Shown here: positions 31,071-40,579 of the stretch, in pieces
Layout: every line of letters begins with the position of its first letter
How positions within the stretch are numbered: position 1 is the first letter of the stretch
Assembly: GCA_963833125.1 (NCBI GenBank)
Contig: CAWHWX010000001.1
Location: 64,001-128,000, forward strand
Reading direction: 5' to 3'
Source: Candidatus Bathyarchaeota archaeon
Lineage (GTDB): Archaea; Thermoproteota; Bathyarchaeia; 40CM-2-53-6
Length of the DNA stretch: 64,000 nt
Notes under the pieces: generated by a model
Database searches by the model: none
What the model saw: only the letters and a program-made list of their open reading frames with translations
What the model was told of the DNA's origin: nothing
Position numbers and translations under genes: made by a program

Positions 31071-31811
31071 TTGCTCGTAATCGTGTACGCTTACGGCACG
31101 ACGAATTTACGATTTATCGCTTTCTTCTCGAATGCGATCACGCCGTTTGAGGCGTTGGCTGCTTTCGCAGCTGCCGCGTTCTTGTTCAAGAACAATGTTG
31201 GGAGTAGAGGGGGAGGGATGACACGTCCCTACGGGTTGTATTTCCTAGGTATGGGATGCTGGTTCGTTGCAGAATGCATCTGGTCCGTGTACGAGCTGAT
31301 ACTTGGTATCAGTGTTCCTTTCCCATCGCTCGCTGACCTATTTTGGTTAGTGGGATATGCGCCACTTTTGGGTGCGCTGGTCTCTCAAGCTTGGCCGTTC
31401 AGAGATGTATTCCCTCCACGGAAAGGAGTGGCATTGATTGTAGCGATGTTGGCTGTGACGAGTATCATTCTATTGTTAACGATTCCGCCACTGTTTAAGG
31501 AGGATTTAGACTCCCTTTCTTTCCTGGTAAGTGTTGCCTATCCGTTCTTGGACACTATTTTGTTAACGGTTGCTGTACCCCTTCTCTTGCTGTTCCGCAA
31601 AGGGAGCTACTGGCGGCCGATGTTGTTTGTATTACTCGGGCTTGTTCTGCAATTAGTAGGTGACTTAGCGTTTGCTCAGGGTTTGTTGAATGGGGTCTAT
31701 TACGCGGGCAGTCCTACCGACTTGATTTTTGACTGGTCGTATCTAGCGCTTGCTCTAGGCTTCTATGAGGCTGCTAAACCTGCCCTGTTTGGGGATGAAG
31801 CGTCACTATGA
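31071..31811 (+). CDS. Multi-pass membrane sensor-type protein
   Basis: W..YE......PFPSLADLFWL.GY and AYP.LD..LL motifs typical of integral-membrane input domains. Confidence 0.7.
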   Translation: MLVIVYAYGTTNLRFIAFFSNAITPFEALAAFAAAAFLFKNNVGSRGGGMTRPYGLYFLGMGCWFVAECIWSVYELILGISVPFPSLADLFWLVGYAPLLGALVSQAWPFRDVFPPRKGVALIVAMLAVTSIILLLTIPPLFKEDLDSLSFLVSVAYPFLDTILLTVAVPLLLLFRKGSYWRPMLFVLLGLVLQLVGDLAFAQGLLNGVYYAGSPTDLIFDWSYLALALGFYEAAKPALFGDEASL

Positions 31812-32120
31812 GTGCGAGGGCTGCGGGTTTCGACGAAGCGTTAATCGAATCCGTGGACGAGGGAGTGAAGGCGCTTTTCAGTCAACAGGTTGTTGACGCC
31901 CTCTACTTGAATCTCAGCTAAGAGAAACATTGCTCGTGCAGATCTACCTAATCAGTTGCCTATTCTCAGCGTTGTTTTCGCAGACTATTTTGGGTTGGGA
32001 GCGCGAACGCTTGAAAGAACAATTGCTCGGCGGTTCTATGCGCGATTAGGGATACACTTCTCTGGAGTTCAGACTTACAATTTGACTGATTACGTCGAAC
32101 ACGCTGCAAGGCTAGGCTGA
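31808..32120 (+). CDS. Second DUF3227/NitrOD5-like protein; frameshift near 31915
   Basis: MSARAAGFDEALIESVDEGVKALFSQQVVDALYLNL/AKRNIARADLP...YFGLGARTLERTIARRFYARLG; ATGA overlap. Confidence 0.65.
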
Positions 32121-32166
32121 GCAGGTCCAAACACACTCGCCTTGCTCCCGAACCGGTTCCTATAGG

Positions 32167-32259
32167 TAGTGCGCCTATCCCCATTCGAACCATAGTCGTT
32201 CGTCGCTCGAAAAGTGCGTGTGTATCTCTTGGTGCGCACACACACTTAGAACGAAGGAC
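32167..32259 (+). repeat. Family A element: tRNA-3'-like half-site plus full hairpin copy
   Basis: GTCGTTCGT..AAGTGCGTGTG-TATCTCTTGGTGCG-CACACACACTT..ACGAAGGAC at 32195-32259. Confidence 0.85.
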
Positions 32260-32308
32260 CGAAATGTCCAACTTGCAGTGAACTCAAAGGTAATCCCGTG
32301 TTCTTGTG

Positions 32309-33015
32309 TTGCCGCAATTCCGTTAATCGAGGACTTAACAACTGAGCCGATACCTCCAGGGTCGAACCTGCTCGTTGAATTTGACCCGGCCTCAGAATGG
32401 TACAATGCGGCAGTTACAATCACGGCAGGATGGTTAAGTTCAGGCGGAAGGGTACACTACAACGTAAACGTTCGACCCCCAGACACTGTCCGCTCACACC
32501 TGAAAAAACTCGGTTTGAATCCGGAGGATTTTGAACGAGAAGACAAGTTGAGAATATACGACTGGTACTCACTCACCCTAGGCCGCAGGTCTGTAGGTAA
32601 GGATCCGGTCACCTCGCTAAAAGTGCACGAATTAAGTCCCGATTATGCCAACTGGATGCGAAGCGATGAGCTGAGCGAAAACGAGACCACGCTGAGAATG
32701 ATCGAGAACGGCTCGACACTAGCCAGATACAATGATGAGAAAGCGTATGTTGAATTCATCTTGACGAGAGTATTTCCCCGCTCAACACTCTGGAAAGCGA
32801 TTCTGATCAGCTCACACGTGAAGGGCTTGCACAGCGATTGGGTCAATGGGGCATTGGAATCAGCAGCCGATGGCGTAATCGATTTCAAGCTAGACGAAAC
32901 TACTGACCCGGCGCAGAATCTCATTCGGATTAGGAATTTGAGGAATGTGGGCTTCGACGGAAGGTGGCACAAGCTAAAGACTTCTAAGAGTCACGAAGTC
33001 ACCTTGGTCAAGTAA
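32309..33015 (+). CDS. KaiC/RAD55-like RecA-fold protein with degenerate Walker A (paralogue 1)
   Basis: IPLIEDL...IPPGSNLLVEFDPAS.WY, ADGVIDFK, IRIRNLR; probable TTG 32309 with a 1-bp deletion. Confidence 0.8.
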
Positions 33016-33019
33016 TTTT

Positions 33020-33051
33020 GTGTGTGGGTCGGCTGGTGCGCACACACACTT
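33020..33051 (+). repeat. Family A repeat
   Basis: GTGTGTGGGTCGGCTGGTGCGCACACACACTT fills the gap between convergent stops. Confidence 0.9.
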
Positions 33052-33055
33052 GGAC

Positions 33056-33457
33056 CTACTTTCGTTCTAACAGTTCTATCCATATGCCGTTTGGGTCTTT
33101 GACGTAGGCTTCTTTCCATCCTACGTCGAAGCCAATTTGGTATGGTTCCACGACCACTTCGATGCCTTTCCGTTTCAGTTCTTTCACGCTAGCTTCCAGA
33201 TCTTGAACGTCGAAGGCAACGTGGTCGAGGTCTTCGCCGTTAACGTAATGCGAGTTGAATGGGCTCAGGTCTTCATAATGGTTGAGTTCTAGAAGTTGCT
33301 GTGAGTTTGGGCTCTTGAGTGTAACCACACTCCCTTTTGTTGGTGTCGTCTTCTGAAGCGGCTCCACGATAACCATGCCCAAGATGCCCGTGTAGAACTT
33401 CAGAGATTCTTCCATATTTTTCACTCGTATACCGGTGTAGATGAAACGAAAATCCAA
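33056..33457 (-). CDS. VOC/glyoxalase family protein
   Basis: IRVKNMEESLKFY, LELN, DHVAFDV.D, DPNGIWIEL. Confidence 0.9.
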   Translation of the reverse strand: MDFRFIYTGIRVKNMEESLKFYTGILGMVIVEPLQKTTPTKGSVVTLKSPNSQQLLELNHYEDLSPFNSHYVNGEDLDHVAFDVQDLEASVKELKRKGIEVVVEPYQIGFDVGWKEAYVKDPNGIWIELLERK

Positions 33458-33524
33458 ACTAATGCACCTGTCGTGATCTCTTCTTCGATGGAATGGGTCT
33501 TAAGATCATTGGGGGGTAGGTCTG

Positions 33525-33606
33525 GTGTGTGTATAATCTGGTGCGGACGCCGACAATCGGACCGGTCGTTAGTGTAGGTGTGCGCACCAAGAGATACATA
33601 CACGAC
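33525..33606. repeat. Family A inverted doublet
   Basis: GTGTGTGTATAATCTGGTGCG ... GTGTGCGCACCAAGAGATACATACAC. Confidence 0.85.
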
Positions 33607-33633
33607 AAATCTAGTTACGTAGTCACAGTAGCA

Positions 33634-34575
33634 TTAGTCTGTCCGTTTCGAGTTTACTATGCGATTTATGACCTTTTTCTTAAATCCCCCACGTTTTGTG
33701 TTGTCCGGCAAGGCTTGCTCTATTATAGAGCTGTAAAATCGCATGAACTTGTAACCAAAGCACTTCTTGATGCCCGTAAGTTCACTTTTGGTTCGCATAA
33801 GTTCGATCCTAAGAGCATCTCTCTCCTTCTCCAATTCGAAGTAGAGGTCCATGAGCGCCGCGCTTCCGCCACAAAACTTTCGCCTCACCAGACGCGCATC
33901 TTCCAACACCTCAGCATATCGCTCAACAGTAATCTGATGCCTGTGAATTCTACGCCAATAGGTTACCTTAGGAATATGAAGAATATCGCAACTGGTCTTT
34001 CCAATAAGCAATGCAAGCTGCATGTCTTCCGCGTATTTTATTGACGTATCTAATCCTTCAGACTGCAAATAGAATTCTTTCCTGAAAAATAGCTCCGCTG
34101 AACCTGGCCACCATCCTGAAATTATAGCATCAACTAATGTCTTCCCGAAAGGGAGAAATTCATTCGGCCCCTTATCGCCAGTTGAATCAACCCAGTTCGT
34201 CCAAACGTAACCAAGACGAGGATTATCTTCAAATGCTGGCATTACAGCGGAAAGCGAATCAGGCATAAGCTTATCGTCACTACCTAAACATGTTATTACA
34301 GGTCCACGTGCATGCTCAATGCCCACTGCAGTAGCCGCGGAGCAACCTTCATGCTTCACCTGAACTAACGCGATTCGATCATCTGACAATTTGGACTTGA
34401 CAACTTCTACTGTTCGATCAATTGAACCGTCGTCAACAACTAAAACATCCCAATCACTATAATCCTGCGCAATCACCGAATCAATGGCGTCCCCAACGAA
34501 ACGTTCACGATCGTAAACAGGAATCAGAACGGTAACATGCAAAACATAACCACCACACCGAAAGAACTCTGCCAC
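33634..34575 (-). CDS. Glycosyltransferase family 2 with C-terminal coiled coil
   Basis: VLIPVYD, VVDDGS, LGSDD, ED. Confidence 0.88.
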   Translation of the reverse strand: MAEFFRCGGYVLHVTVLIPVYDRERFVGDAIDSVIAQDYSDWDVLVVDDGSIDRTVEVVKSKLSDDRIALVQVKHEGCSAATAVGIEHARGPVITCLGSDDKLMPDSLSAVMPAFEDNPRLGYVWTNWVDSTGDKGPNEFLPFGKTLVDAIISGWWPGSAELFFRKEFYLQSEGLDTSIKYAEDMQLALLIGKTSCDILHIPKVTYWRRIHRHQITVERYAEVLEDARLVRRKFCGGSAALMDLYFELEKERDALRIELMRTKSELTGIKKCFGYKFMRFYSSIIEQALPDNTKRGGFKKKVINRIVNSKRTD

Positions 34576-34590
34576 GTAGTTACCGTGGTT

Positions 34591-35526
34591 CTACTCTGTT
34601 CGGTACGAATCTCTTATGCAATCCTTAACCTTTCTCTTGAGCCTTCCACGTCTCGTGCCGTCCGGAAGTGCTGCGTCGATTATGGGGCCATACAGTTGCA
34701 TGAACTTGTAGCCAAGGCACTTTTTGATGTCCGTAAGTTCACTTCTGGTTCGCATAAGTTCACTCGTGATGCCCGTAAGTTCACTCCTAAGTGTTCCTAT
34801 CTCCTTCTCCAATTCGCCAAAGTAGAGGTCTGCCAGTGCGGCACTTCTTACCATAAACCTTCGCCTTATCAGATGCACTGCTTTTATCTGCTCATCGTAT
34901 GAAAGCTCATTTTGAATTCTGTGAGGATGAATTCTACGCCAGTAGGTTACCTTAGAAATATGGAGTGTGTCGCAGCCGGTCTTGGCGATCAGTAGAGCTA
35001 ATTGCAAATCCTCACCATATTGTATCGATTGGTCTAATCTTTCGGATTGCATATAGAAGCCTTTTTTGTAGAATAGCTGTGCTGAAGCGCGCCACCATCC
35101 CGAGATTAAAGCCTCAAACAATGTCTTCCCGTCAGGAAGAAAATCACTCGTACCCTTATCGCCAGTTGAATCAACCCAGTTCGTCCAAACGTAACCAAGA
35201 CGAGGATTATCTTCAAATGCTGGCATTACAGCGGAAAGCGAATCAGGCATAAGCTTATCGTCACTACCTAAATGTGTCACTACAGGTCCGCCTGCGTGCT
35301 CTATACCCATTGCAATAGCTCCCGTAACACCCGAGTGCTTCATTTGAATTAGTTGAATCCGGTCATCTGACAGCCTTGACTTGACAACTTCCACTGTTCG
35401 ATCAGTTGAACCGTCGTCAACAACTAACAGGTCCCAGTCATGATAATCCTGGCCAATCACCGAGTCAATTGCGTCCCCGATGAAATATTCACGGTTGTAA
35501 ACAGGTATTAGGACAGTAACATGCAA
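34591..35526 (-). CDS. Glycosyltransferase family 2, tandem paralogue
   Basis: VLIPVYN, VVDDGSTD, LGSDD, GED. Confidence 0.88.
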   Translation of the reverse strand: MHVTVLIPVYNREYFIGDAIDSVIGQDYHDWDLLVVDDGSTDRTVEVVKSRLSDDRIQLIQMKHSGVTGAIAMGIEHAGGPVVTHLGSDDKLMPDSLSAVMPAFEDNPRLGYVWTNWVDSTGDKGTSDFLPDGKTLFEALISGWWRASAQLFYKKGFYMQSERLDQSIQYGEDLQLALLIAKTGCDTLHISKVTYWRRIHPHRIQNELSYDEQIKAVHLIRRRFMVRSAALADLYFGELEKEIGTLRSELTGITSELMRTRSELTDIKKCLGYKFMQLYGPIIDAALPDGTRRGRLKRKVKDCIRDSYRTE

Positions 35527-35595
35527 AGTGTAACCTCACACATTGATCCAAATTACATTTATGCTCTTCGGCAACATTACATAAATATTTTTTTT

Positions 35596-35710
35596 GGGGG
35601 GCCCGGTGGTGCACACATTTAACCACCACTGCCCAGCGTGCGCGTGTCATAAGTTGAAGCGTCGTCATCCTAAAAGTGTGCGTGGGTCTAGTGGTGCGCA
35701 CACACGCACT
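35596..35710 (+). repeat. Family A cluster (degenerate copy, tRNA-like half-site, full copy)
   Basis: GGTGGTGCACACA; GTCGTC..AAAAGTGTGCGTGGGTCTAGTGGTGCGCACACACGCACT at 35661-35710. Confidence 0.85.
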
Positions 35711-35743
35711 GAGAGAGAAAAAGCGAGCTGACCATCAATCCTT

Positions 35744-36442
35744 TTGGTGAGAGAGTCAATCAGGAATGTCACAAACTTGAAGTACAGTATTGTTCTCAGC
35801 ACGACCGGAACCCGCCTCACTCTCCAAGCATCCGCAAACAATTTCGAGCACTTCACACGAACAAGAAATGATACGGAATTAATCATAGGCACGAACAACC
35901 CCACCTTAGAACAATCATGGGTCACAAAGCCACGCAACGCAAAAATCGTTTGTCGGCCCGACCATCGGGTTTGTTGGAGTGACGCAATAGATGCCTCAAG
36001 AGGTGAATTTATCGTAAACGTGGACGATGATCTCAAACTCGCCAACGACTACCTAACCCGAGCTGACCACATCTTTACGGACCCGACGCTTCAAATGATT
36101 CAACCCACCCTACTAGACGCGGAGGGCTATGTTTGTTTGCGGAAGCATTATCGAAGTTACACCATAAGCGTATTCCGTCGCAACCTCATAGAAAAGTTAG
36201 GGATGGATTATGATGGACGAGGTTCACGCTGGCCCGAAAACAACATCCCCTTTGTCGAAGCGGCGTGGGAGAAGGCTTCCGTTGTAGTCGCCATGAAGAT
36301 GTACGCGGTTCACTACGGTTACCCTACACCCCACGGAGTAGATTCAACAATTGCTCCTTACGGCAGCCGCTTAGATTTCTTGGAAGAGTGGCGTAAAGAG
36401 AACAATTACGAACGTATACCACTTGAGACAATCCTGCCATGA
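35744..36442 (+). CDS. Divergent GT-A fold glycosyltransferase
   Basis: YSIVLST, ASRGEFIVNVDDD. Confidence 0.65.
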   Translation: MVRESIRNVTNLKYSIVLSTTGTRLTLQASANNFEHFTRTRNDTELIIGTNNPTLEQSWVTKPRNAKIVCRPDHRVCWSDAIDASRGEFIVNVDDDLKLANDYLTRADHIFTDPTLQMIQPTLLDAEGYVCLRKHYRSYTISVFRRNLIEKLGMDYDGRGSRWPENNIPFVEAAWEKASVVVAMKMYAVHYGYPTPHGVDSTIAPYGSRLDFLEEWRKENNYERIPLETILP

Positions 36443-36459
36443 AAATTCTTGTTCTAACA

Positions 36460-36564
36460 GTCGTTCGTCGTGAGAAAGTGTGTGGGTCGGCTGGTGCGGG
36501 CACAGGAATTTGAACCGTGGTTCGTTTGAATTTCTTGGGGGTGCGCAGTGATACCGCACGCACG
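36460..36564. repeat. Family A inverted doublet
   Basis: GTCGTTCGTCG..AAAGTGTGTGGGTCGGCTGGTGCGGGCAC ... GGTGCGCAGTGATACCGCACGCAC. Confidence 0.85.
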
Positions 36565-36608
36565 AAAACTACAAATCTGCTGTACTAGAGGAGACCCCGG
36601 TGTTCTGA

Positions 36609-37310
36609 TTGCCGAAGATGCCGTTAGTCGAGGACTTGATTAAGGGACCGGTTCCTCCGGGTTCTAATATTCTCGTTGAATTTGATCCAGCCTCCCAGTG
36701 GCTTAACGCATCGCTAACGATTGCTGCCGGCTGGGTGAAGGATGGAGGCAGCGTTAGCTACATTGCCAACTCCCAATCCCCAGACGACATTCGTTCACAC
36801 CTTCGAAAACTGGGCCTTGCTGTTGAGGAACTCGAGAGGACCGATCGGTTATGGATTACTGATCTATACAGTGCGTCGATAGGACAGAAATCCAAAGAAA
36901 GATTCGCGGTTGAATCGTTGAAGGTCGCGGACCTTAGCATTTGGATAGGGAGAGAGGCGATGGGTGATTCACCCGCCCCCGAATTTCTCGTAATAGCGGA
37001 TAACAATTCAATTCTCGATAGATTCAACGCCGAGAGGAATTGGGTCGAATTGTACCTCACCCGACCCATTCCAATGGCAAAGCCCAGACAAATAACCCAA
37101 CTAATAGCGTTCATGAGCGGAATTCACAGTACCTGGGCGTACAAGCAGCTCGAGGCTGCCGTTGATGGTGTCATCGATTTCAAAATTGATGAGGTAAACG
37201 GAGAACGCAAGACCTTCATGGGAATTCGGAACATGCGGAATGTTCATTTCAATTCGCGATGGTACTCATTGAAGATCGGAAAAGACTTCGAAGTCGCCTT
37301 GGAAAAGTGA
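36609..37310 (+). CDS. KaiC/RAD55-like protein with degenerate Walker A (paralogue 2)
   Basis: MPLVEDL..GPVPPGSNILVEFDPASQW, DGVIDFK, IRNMR. Confidence 0.8.
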   Translation: MPKMPLVEDLIKGPVPPGSNILVEFDPASQWLNASLTIAAGWVKDGGSVSYIANSQSPDDIRSHLRKLGLAVEELERTDRLWITDLYSASIGQKSKERFAVESLKVADLSIWIGREAMGDSPAPEFLVIADNNSILDRFNAERNWVELYLTRPIPMAKPRQITQLIAFMSGIHSTWAYKQLEAAVDGVIDFKIDEVNGERKTFMGIRNMRNVHFNSRWYSLKIGKDFEVALEK

Positions 37311-37325
37311 GTGCGTTTAGCAGGG

Positions 37326-37370
37326 CGTTCGTTTAGTGTGCGCACCAGCCGACCCACCGCACGCAACTTT
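37326..37370 (-). repeat. Family A repeat
   Basis: Reverse complement GTGGGTCGGCTGGTGCGCACACTAAACGAACG; core identical to the 33020 copy. Confidence 0.88.
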
Positions 37371-37407
37371 CTAACAACTCTAGGCGCAATGGGGGCGCAC
37401 TCTCAAT

Positions 37408-37779
37408 CTAGCGATTGCCCGTCATGCCATACCCACTATAGAGCATCAATACGCCCATCAACAGCATAACCGAACCCGAAAGCGTTGAACCTTGCATCAT
37501 CGAGAACACTTGCGCGAGCATAGCCACTCCTAAAACCAACATAATTAGACCGTAGAGCAACATTAGCATTCTAATCGTCGAGCGGTTCTTCATCATATGC
37601 GACGTGAGCAAATACAGGCCGGTCAACAGAACGATTAACCCCAGTGTCAGAAGGAAATAACCGCCCCACCTGGCAGTGGAAGAAACCATCATTCCCGCGG
37701 GTTGAAGAAGCACTAAGCCTGCGACTACGTCGACAAACCCTCCGATGATCCCTATCGCGGCCGAGTAGATTTGCTTCAA
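37408..37779 (-). CDS. Four-TM membrane protein
   Basis: Hydrophobic Gly/Met-rich helices. Confidence 0.7.
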   Translation of the reverse strand: MKQIYSAAIGIIGGFVDVVAGLVLLQPAGMMVSSTARWGGYFLLTLGLIVLLTGLYLLTSHMMKNRSTIRMLMLLYGLIMLVLGVAMLAQVFSMMQGSTLSGSVMLLMGVLMLYSGYGMTGNR

Positions 37780-37839
37780 GCCATTACCGCAACCCTATCC
37801 GAGACTCCCAGAAACCATCCATATACAAAAGCGATTTCT

Positions 37840-37929
37840 TGTGTGGGTCGAGTGGTGCGCACACACACTTTACGATGGGCCACTGGCGGCGGTTCGAATT
37901 AGGACGGTTGCACGAATAGATACACACGC
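37840..37929. repeat. Family A inverted doublet
   Basis: TGTGTGGGTCGAGTGGTGCGCACACACACTT ... GTTCGAATT...GCACGAATAGATACACAC. Confidence 0.85.
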
Positions 37930-38097
37930 CTGAACAACATGTCCGATTTCTGACGGCACCAGCAGAAGTGTTATTTGCATTTGTATCCAATCGGTTTAGA
38001 CATTATTGAACATACTATGCGTTGGTATTCGATAAATCCACAATCGCTCCTAGATCCAATCCTAAATGAACTGAGGCTGTTTGAGTTGCAGATTTCC

Positions 38098-39186
38098 ATG
38101 CACAAAGTCTTCGAGGATATTTGGAAAATCTATCCTGAAAATATGCTCAAGAACCGCACCTGGCACTGGTGGTGGTGGATTTACTTTTTCGAGAACCCTG
38201 ACGCTCCCGAATTCCCGAGACAGCTAATGGTCCTTTGGGGCACTAGGAATTGCAGAAAGGTTCGCGTGAATGATTTCTACTGGGAACCGACAATCCCAAT
38301 GGAGACTGACGGCAAGCACGCTAGTTTCGAATCGATGGTGGCCTCCTGGTATTATGACGGCAAAAAAATGCACGAACCGCTCCTCATTGATCACGGGAAG
38401 ACTGAGACCGAGTGGGATGACCACTATGGAAGAATCAGGATGGAAGGGCGCAAAGGGGTTTATTCATACGGCGGAAACCGCGAAAAATTCTGGCTGAAGA
38501 TAGACACGGACAGCGTAGGAATTGAACTGTCAATGGAGAAATGGAAAGACGCAATGGCGGAACTGGTGTCAACGGGAAGGAAATTCGTTGGAAACATGGG
38601 ATATTCGATGTTGAAATACAGGGGTCTGTCCTCCTCGGGAAGGATCCGATTAGGCGACACCGAAACCCCAGTCAAGGGTAGATCGTATTTCCAGAAGGTG
38701 CGAATATCTTCACTAACTCCTTGTTGGTATTGGGGCACAGTACAATGGGACAATGGAGCCTACCTACAATACTTTTTGCCCCACATCGGGGTCCCGATGC
38801 TCAGACATTCAATATCCCATGAGAGTACCATGGACTGGGGTGAGAAGATGATTTCAAAGACACTCAACTTCTACGACCCCGAGGAAGGGAAGGAGTATTC
38901 CATGACGGACGTTAAGTTAACCAAGCACTACGAAAATGACCTCCCCGTATTCAATGTGAGCGCAACCTCCGGTCAAAGCGAGCTCAGCATAGAGATGGCA
39001 ACATACGCGAGATGTTGCTGGAACATATCACAACCTCTCATCGGACCAATTTGGTCTGGGATCTTCTACAATGAGTACCCAGCAACGGTCAGGAATTTCA
39101 AATTCAAAAACAGCAATCGAAGCGCAAACAATGATGATTTTGGCAAAAGCTACTGCAACTGCGAGCACACATGGGGGCTGGTTTAG
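38098..39186 (+). CDS. Trp-rich hypothetical protein, possibly AttH/tocopherol-cyclase-like beta fold
   Basis: TWHWWWWIYFF, G.I..G.....V.GRSYFQK, WYWG; fold assignment is inference. Confidence 0.55.
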   Translation: MHKVFEDIWKIYPENMLKNRTWHWWWWIYFFENPDAPEFPRQLMVLWGTRNCRKVRVNDFYWEPTIPMETDGKHASFESMVASWYYDGKKMHEPLLIDHGKTETEWDDHYGRIRMEGRKGVYSYGGNREKFWLKIDTDSVGIELSMEKWKDAMAELVSTGRKFVGNMGYSMLKYRGLSSSGRIRLGDTETPVKGRSYFQKVRISSLTPCWYWGTVQWDNGAYLQYFLPHIGVPMLRHSISHESTMDWGEKMISKTLNFYDPEEGKEYSMTDVKLTKHYENDLPVFNVSATSGQSELSIEMATYARCCWNISQPLIGPIWSGIFYNEYPATVRNFKFKNSNRSANNDDFGKSYCNCEHTWGLV

Positions 39187-39226
39187 GAAAACTGTGACTA
39201 CGAGAGTTAGTCATTCGACTGCTTTC

Positions 39227-39300
39227 TGGGTGTGCACACACACTTTTCAAACGAACGACGTTCCGATTTTGACCGGCCGCACCATTGATACCACACACAA
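39227..39300. repeat. Family A inverted doublet
   Basis: GGTGTGCACACACACTTTTCAAACGAACGAC ... CGCACCATTGATACCACACAC. Confidence 0.85.
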
Positions 39301-39432
39301 GGGATACGCGTGAAAGTCGAGCTGGTGTGTAAAGTCCGGGATTCCACTGCGCCGTGACATTAACGAAGAATCATAACATAGAAATCGTACAGACGACAAG
39401 CATAGATTTGTTTTGCCAGAGGAGACCCGCGC

Positions 39433-40158
39433 TTGGCTACCGTTATGGTTCCCCCATTCTTGAAGGAACTAGTTCCCGGTGGGTTCGAATATGGTGCCAA
39501 TCTTCTTGTTGAATTTGACTCCGACTCCGTCTGGTACGAAACGTCGCTCACAATCGCGGCTGGCGCAATAAGAGCGGGGATAAAGATTGACTACCACAAT
39601 TTCCAGCACACTCCCGATGACATCAGAAAAGCCCTCGACCGACGAGGATTAGACGTGAAGAGGCTAGAAGATGAGGACATGCTTTGGATCGTTGATAGCT
39701 ACACAGTACAGACAGGAGTTGATAGCTCTAGAGACCGGTCGGATGTTACTGAAGTCTCCGTGAAGCTTTCGGATTGGAGCATCGCTCTGGCTAAGGATCT
39801 TAAGGCAGGCATCTCTGAAGCCATGAAAAAGCGCCTGCATATTGACGATAACACTGGTATCCTGCTTCAGTACAACGAGGAGAAGTCCATCATAGACTTC
39901 TGGCGTACCCGGTATATACCCTATTCGAGAGCACGCGAATGTGTCATGGTACAAGCACTCTTGAAGGGCGTGGCTTCCTCCTCATTCTACAAGCAGTACG
40001 AATCGTTATGTGACGGAATAATTGATTTCAAGAGCGAAGAACGAGAGAACGAAATTCAACATTACGTGAGAGTCAGAAGTCTTCGCGGCAGGGAATGCGA
40101 TTCACGGTGGAGGAAGCTCCGGTTGTCGGATAACGGCGAAGTCACACTATTCGAATAG
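39433..40158 (+). CDS. KaiC/RAD55-like protein with degenerate Walker A (paralogue 3, more divergent)
   Basis: LVPGGFEYGANLLVEFDSDS.WY, CDGIIDFK, VRVRSLRG. Confidence 0.8.
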   Translation: MATVMVPPFLKELVPGGFEYGANLLVEFDSDSVWYETSLTIAAGAIRAGIKIDYHNFQHTPDDIRKALDRRGLDVKRLEDEDMLWIVDSYTVQTGVDSSRDRSDVTEVSVKLSDWSIALAKDLKAGISEAMKKRLHIDDNTGILLQYNEEKSIIDFWRTRYIPYSRARECVMVQALLKGVASSSFYKQYESLCDGIIDFKSEERENEIQHYVRVRSLRGRECDSRWRKLRLSDNGEVTLFE

Positions 40159-40191
40159 AAAAGTCAGTGGGTCTCCTGGTGCGCACACACA
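40159..40191 (+). repeat. Family A repeat
   Basis: AAAAGTCAGTGGGTCTCCTGGTGCGCACACACA directly after the stop. Confidence 0.85.
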
Positions 40192-40579
40192 GAAGTCCGG
40201 TGCCACAAAGCTCTCCCACTGAAACCTTGGTGCCCTTTGGAACTGTTTTATTTCATACCCATTTTTCTTAGGCGATGAGTGCTGCATTCGCGAATATTCA
40301 GACAAAGCCGTAGTTCAAAGCAAGGACATTCTTGCGATGTACTTGTCTTTCTATCCTTATATTGAACCAAGGCGAGAATGCACAAAGTTAGTTGTCATGA
40401 ACGAGAGGGACGAGTCATTTGCAACGATTGACCGCATGTTCTTCTTCTTGTTGCAACTGACCGAAGTCGCCGGAGTCTGAGGAAACAACCGAAATCTCGT
40501 TCCGACGGTAAGTGAAAGACGGAACCAGTCTTCGGCTTCATCTTGGACCCGCGACGTGGAAGATAAGGAGAAAAAATCG

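Noticed and set aside
33020-33051. Simple (CA)n/(GT)n microsatellite
   Set aside because: The dinucleotide runs always flank a conserved non-repetitive core (GGTC-N3-TGGTGCG) and often carry extra conserved arms.
40477-40520. Hammerhead ribozyme (CTGAGGA...GAAA)
   Set aside because: No stem II can form between the two core motifs.
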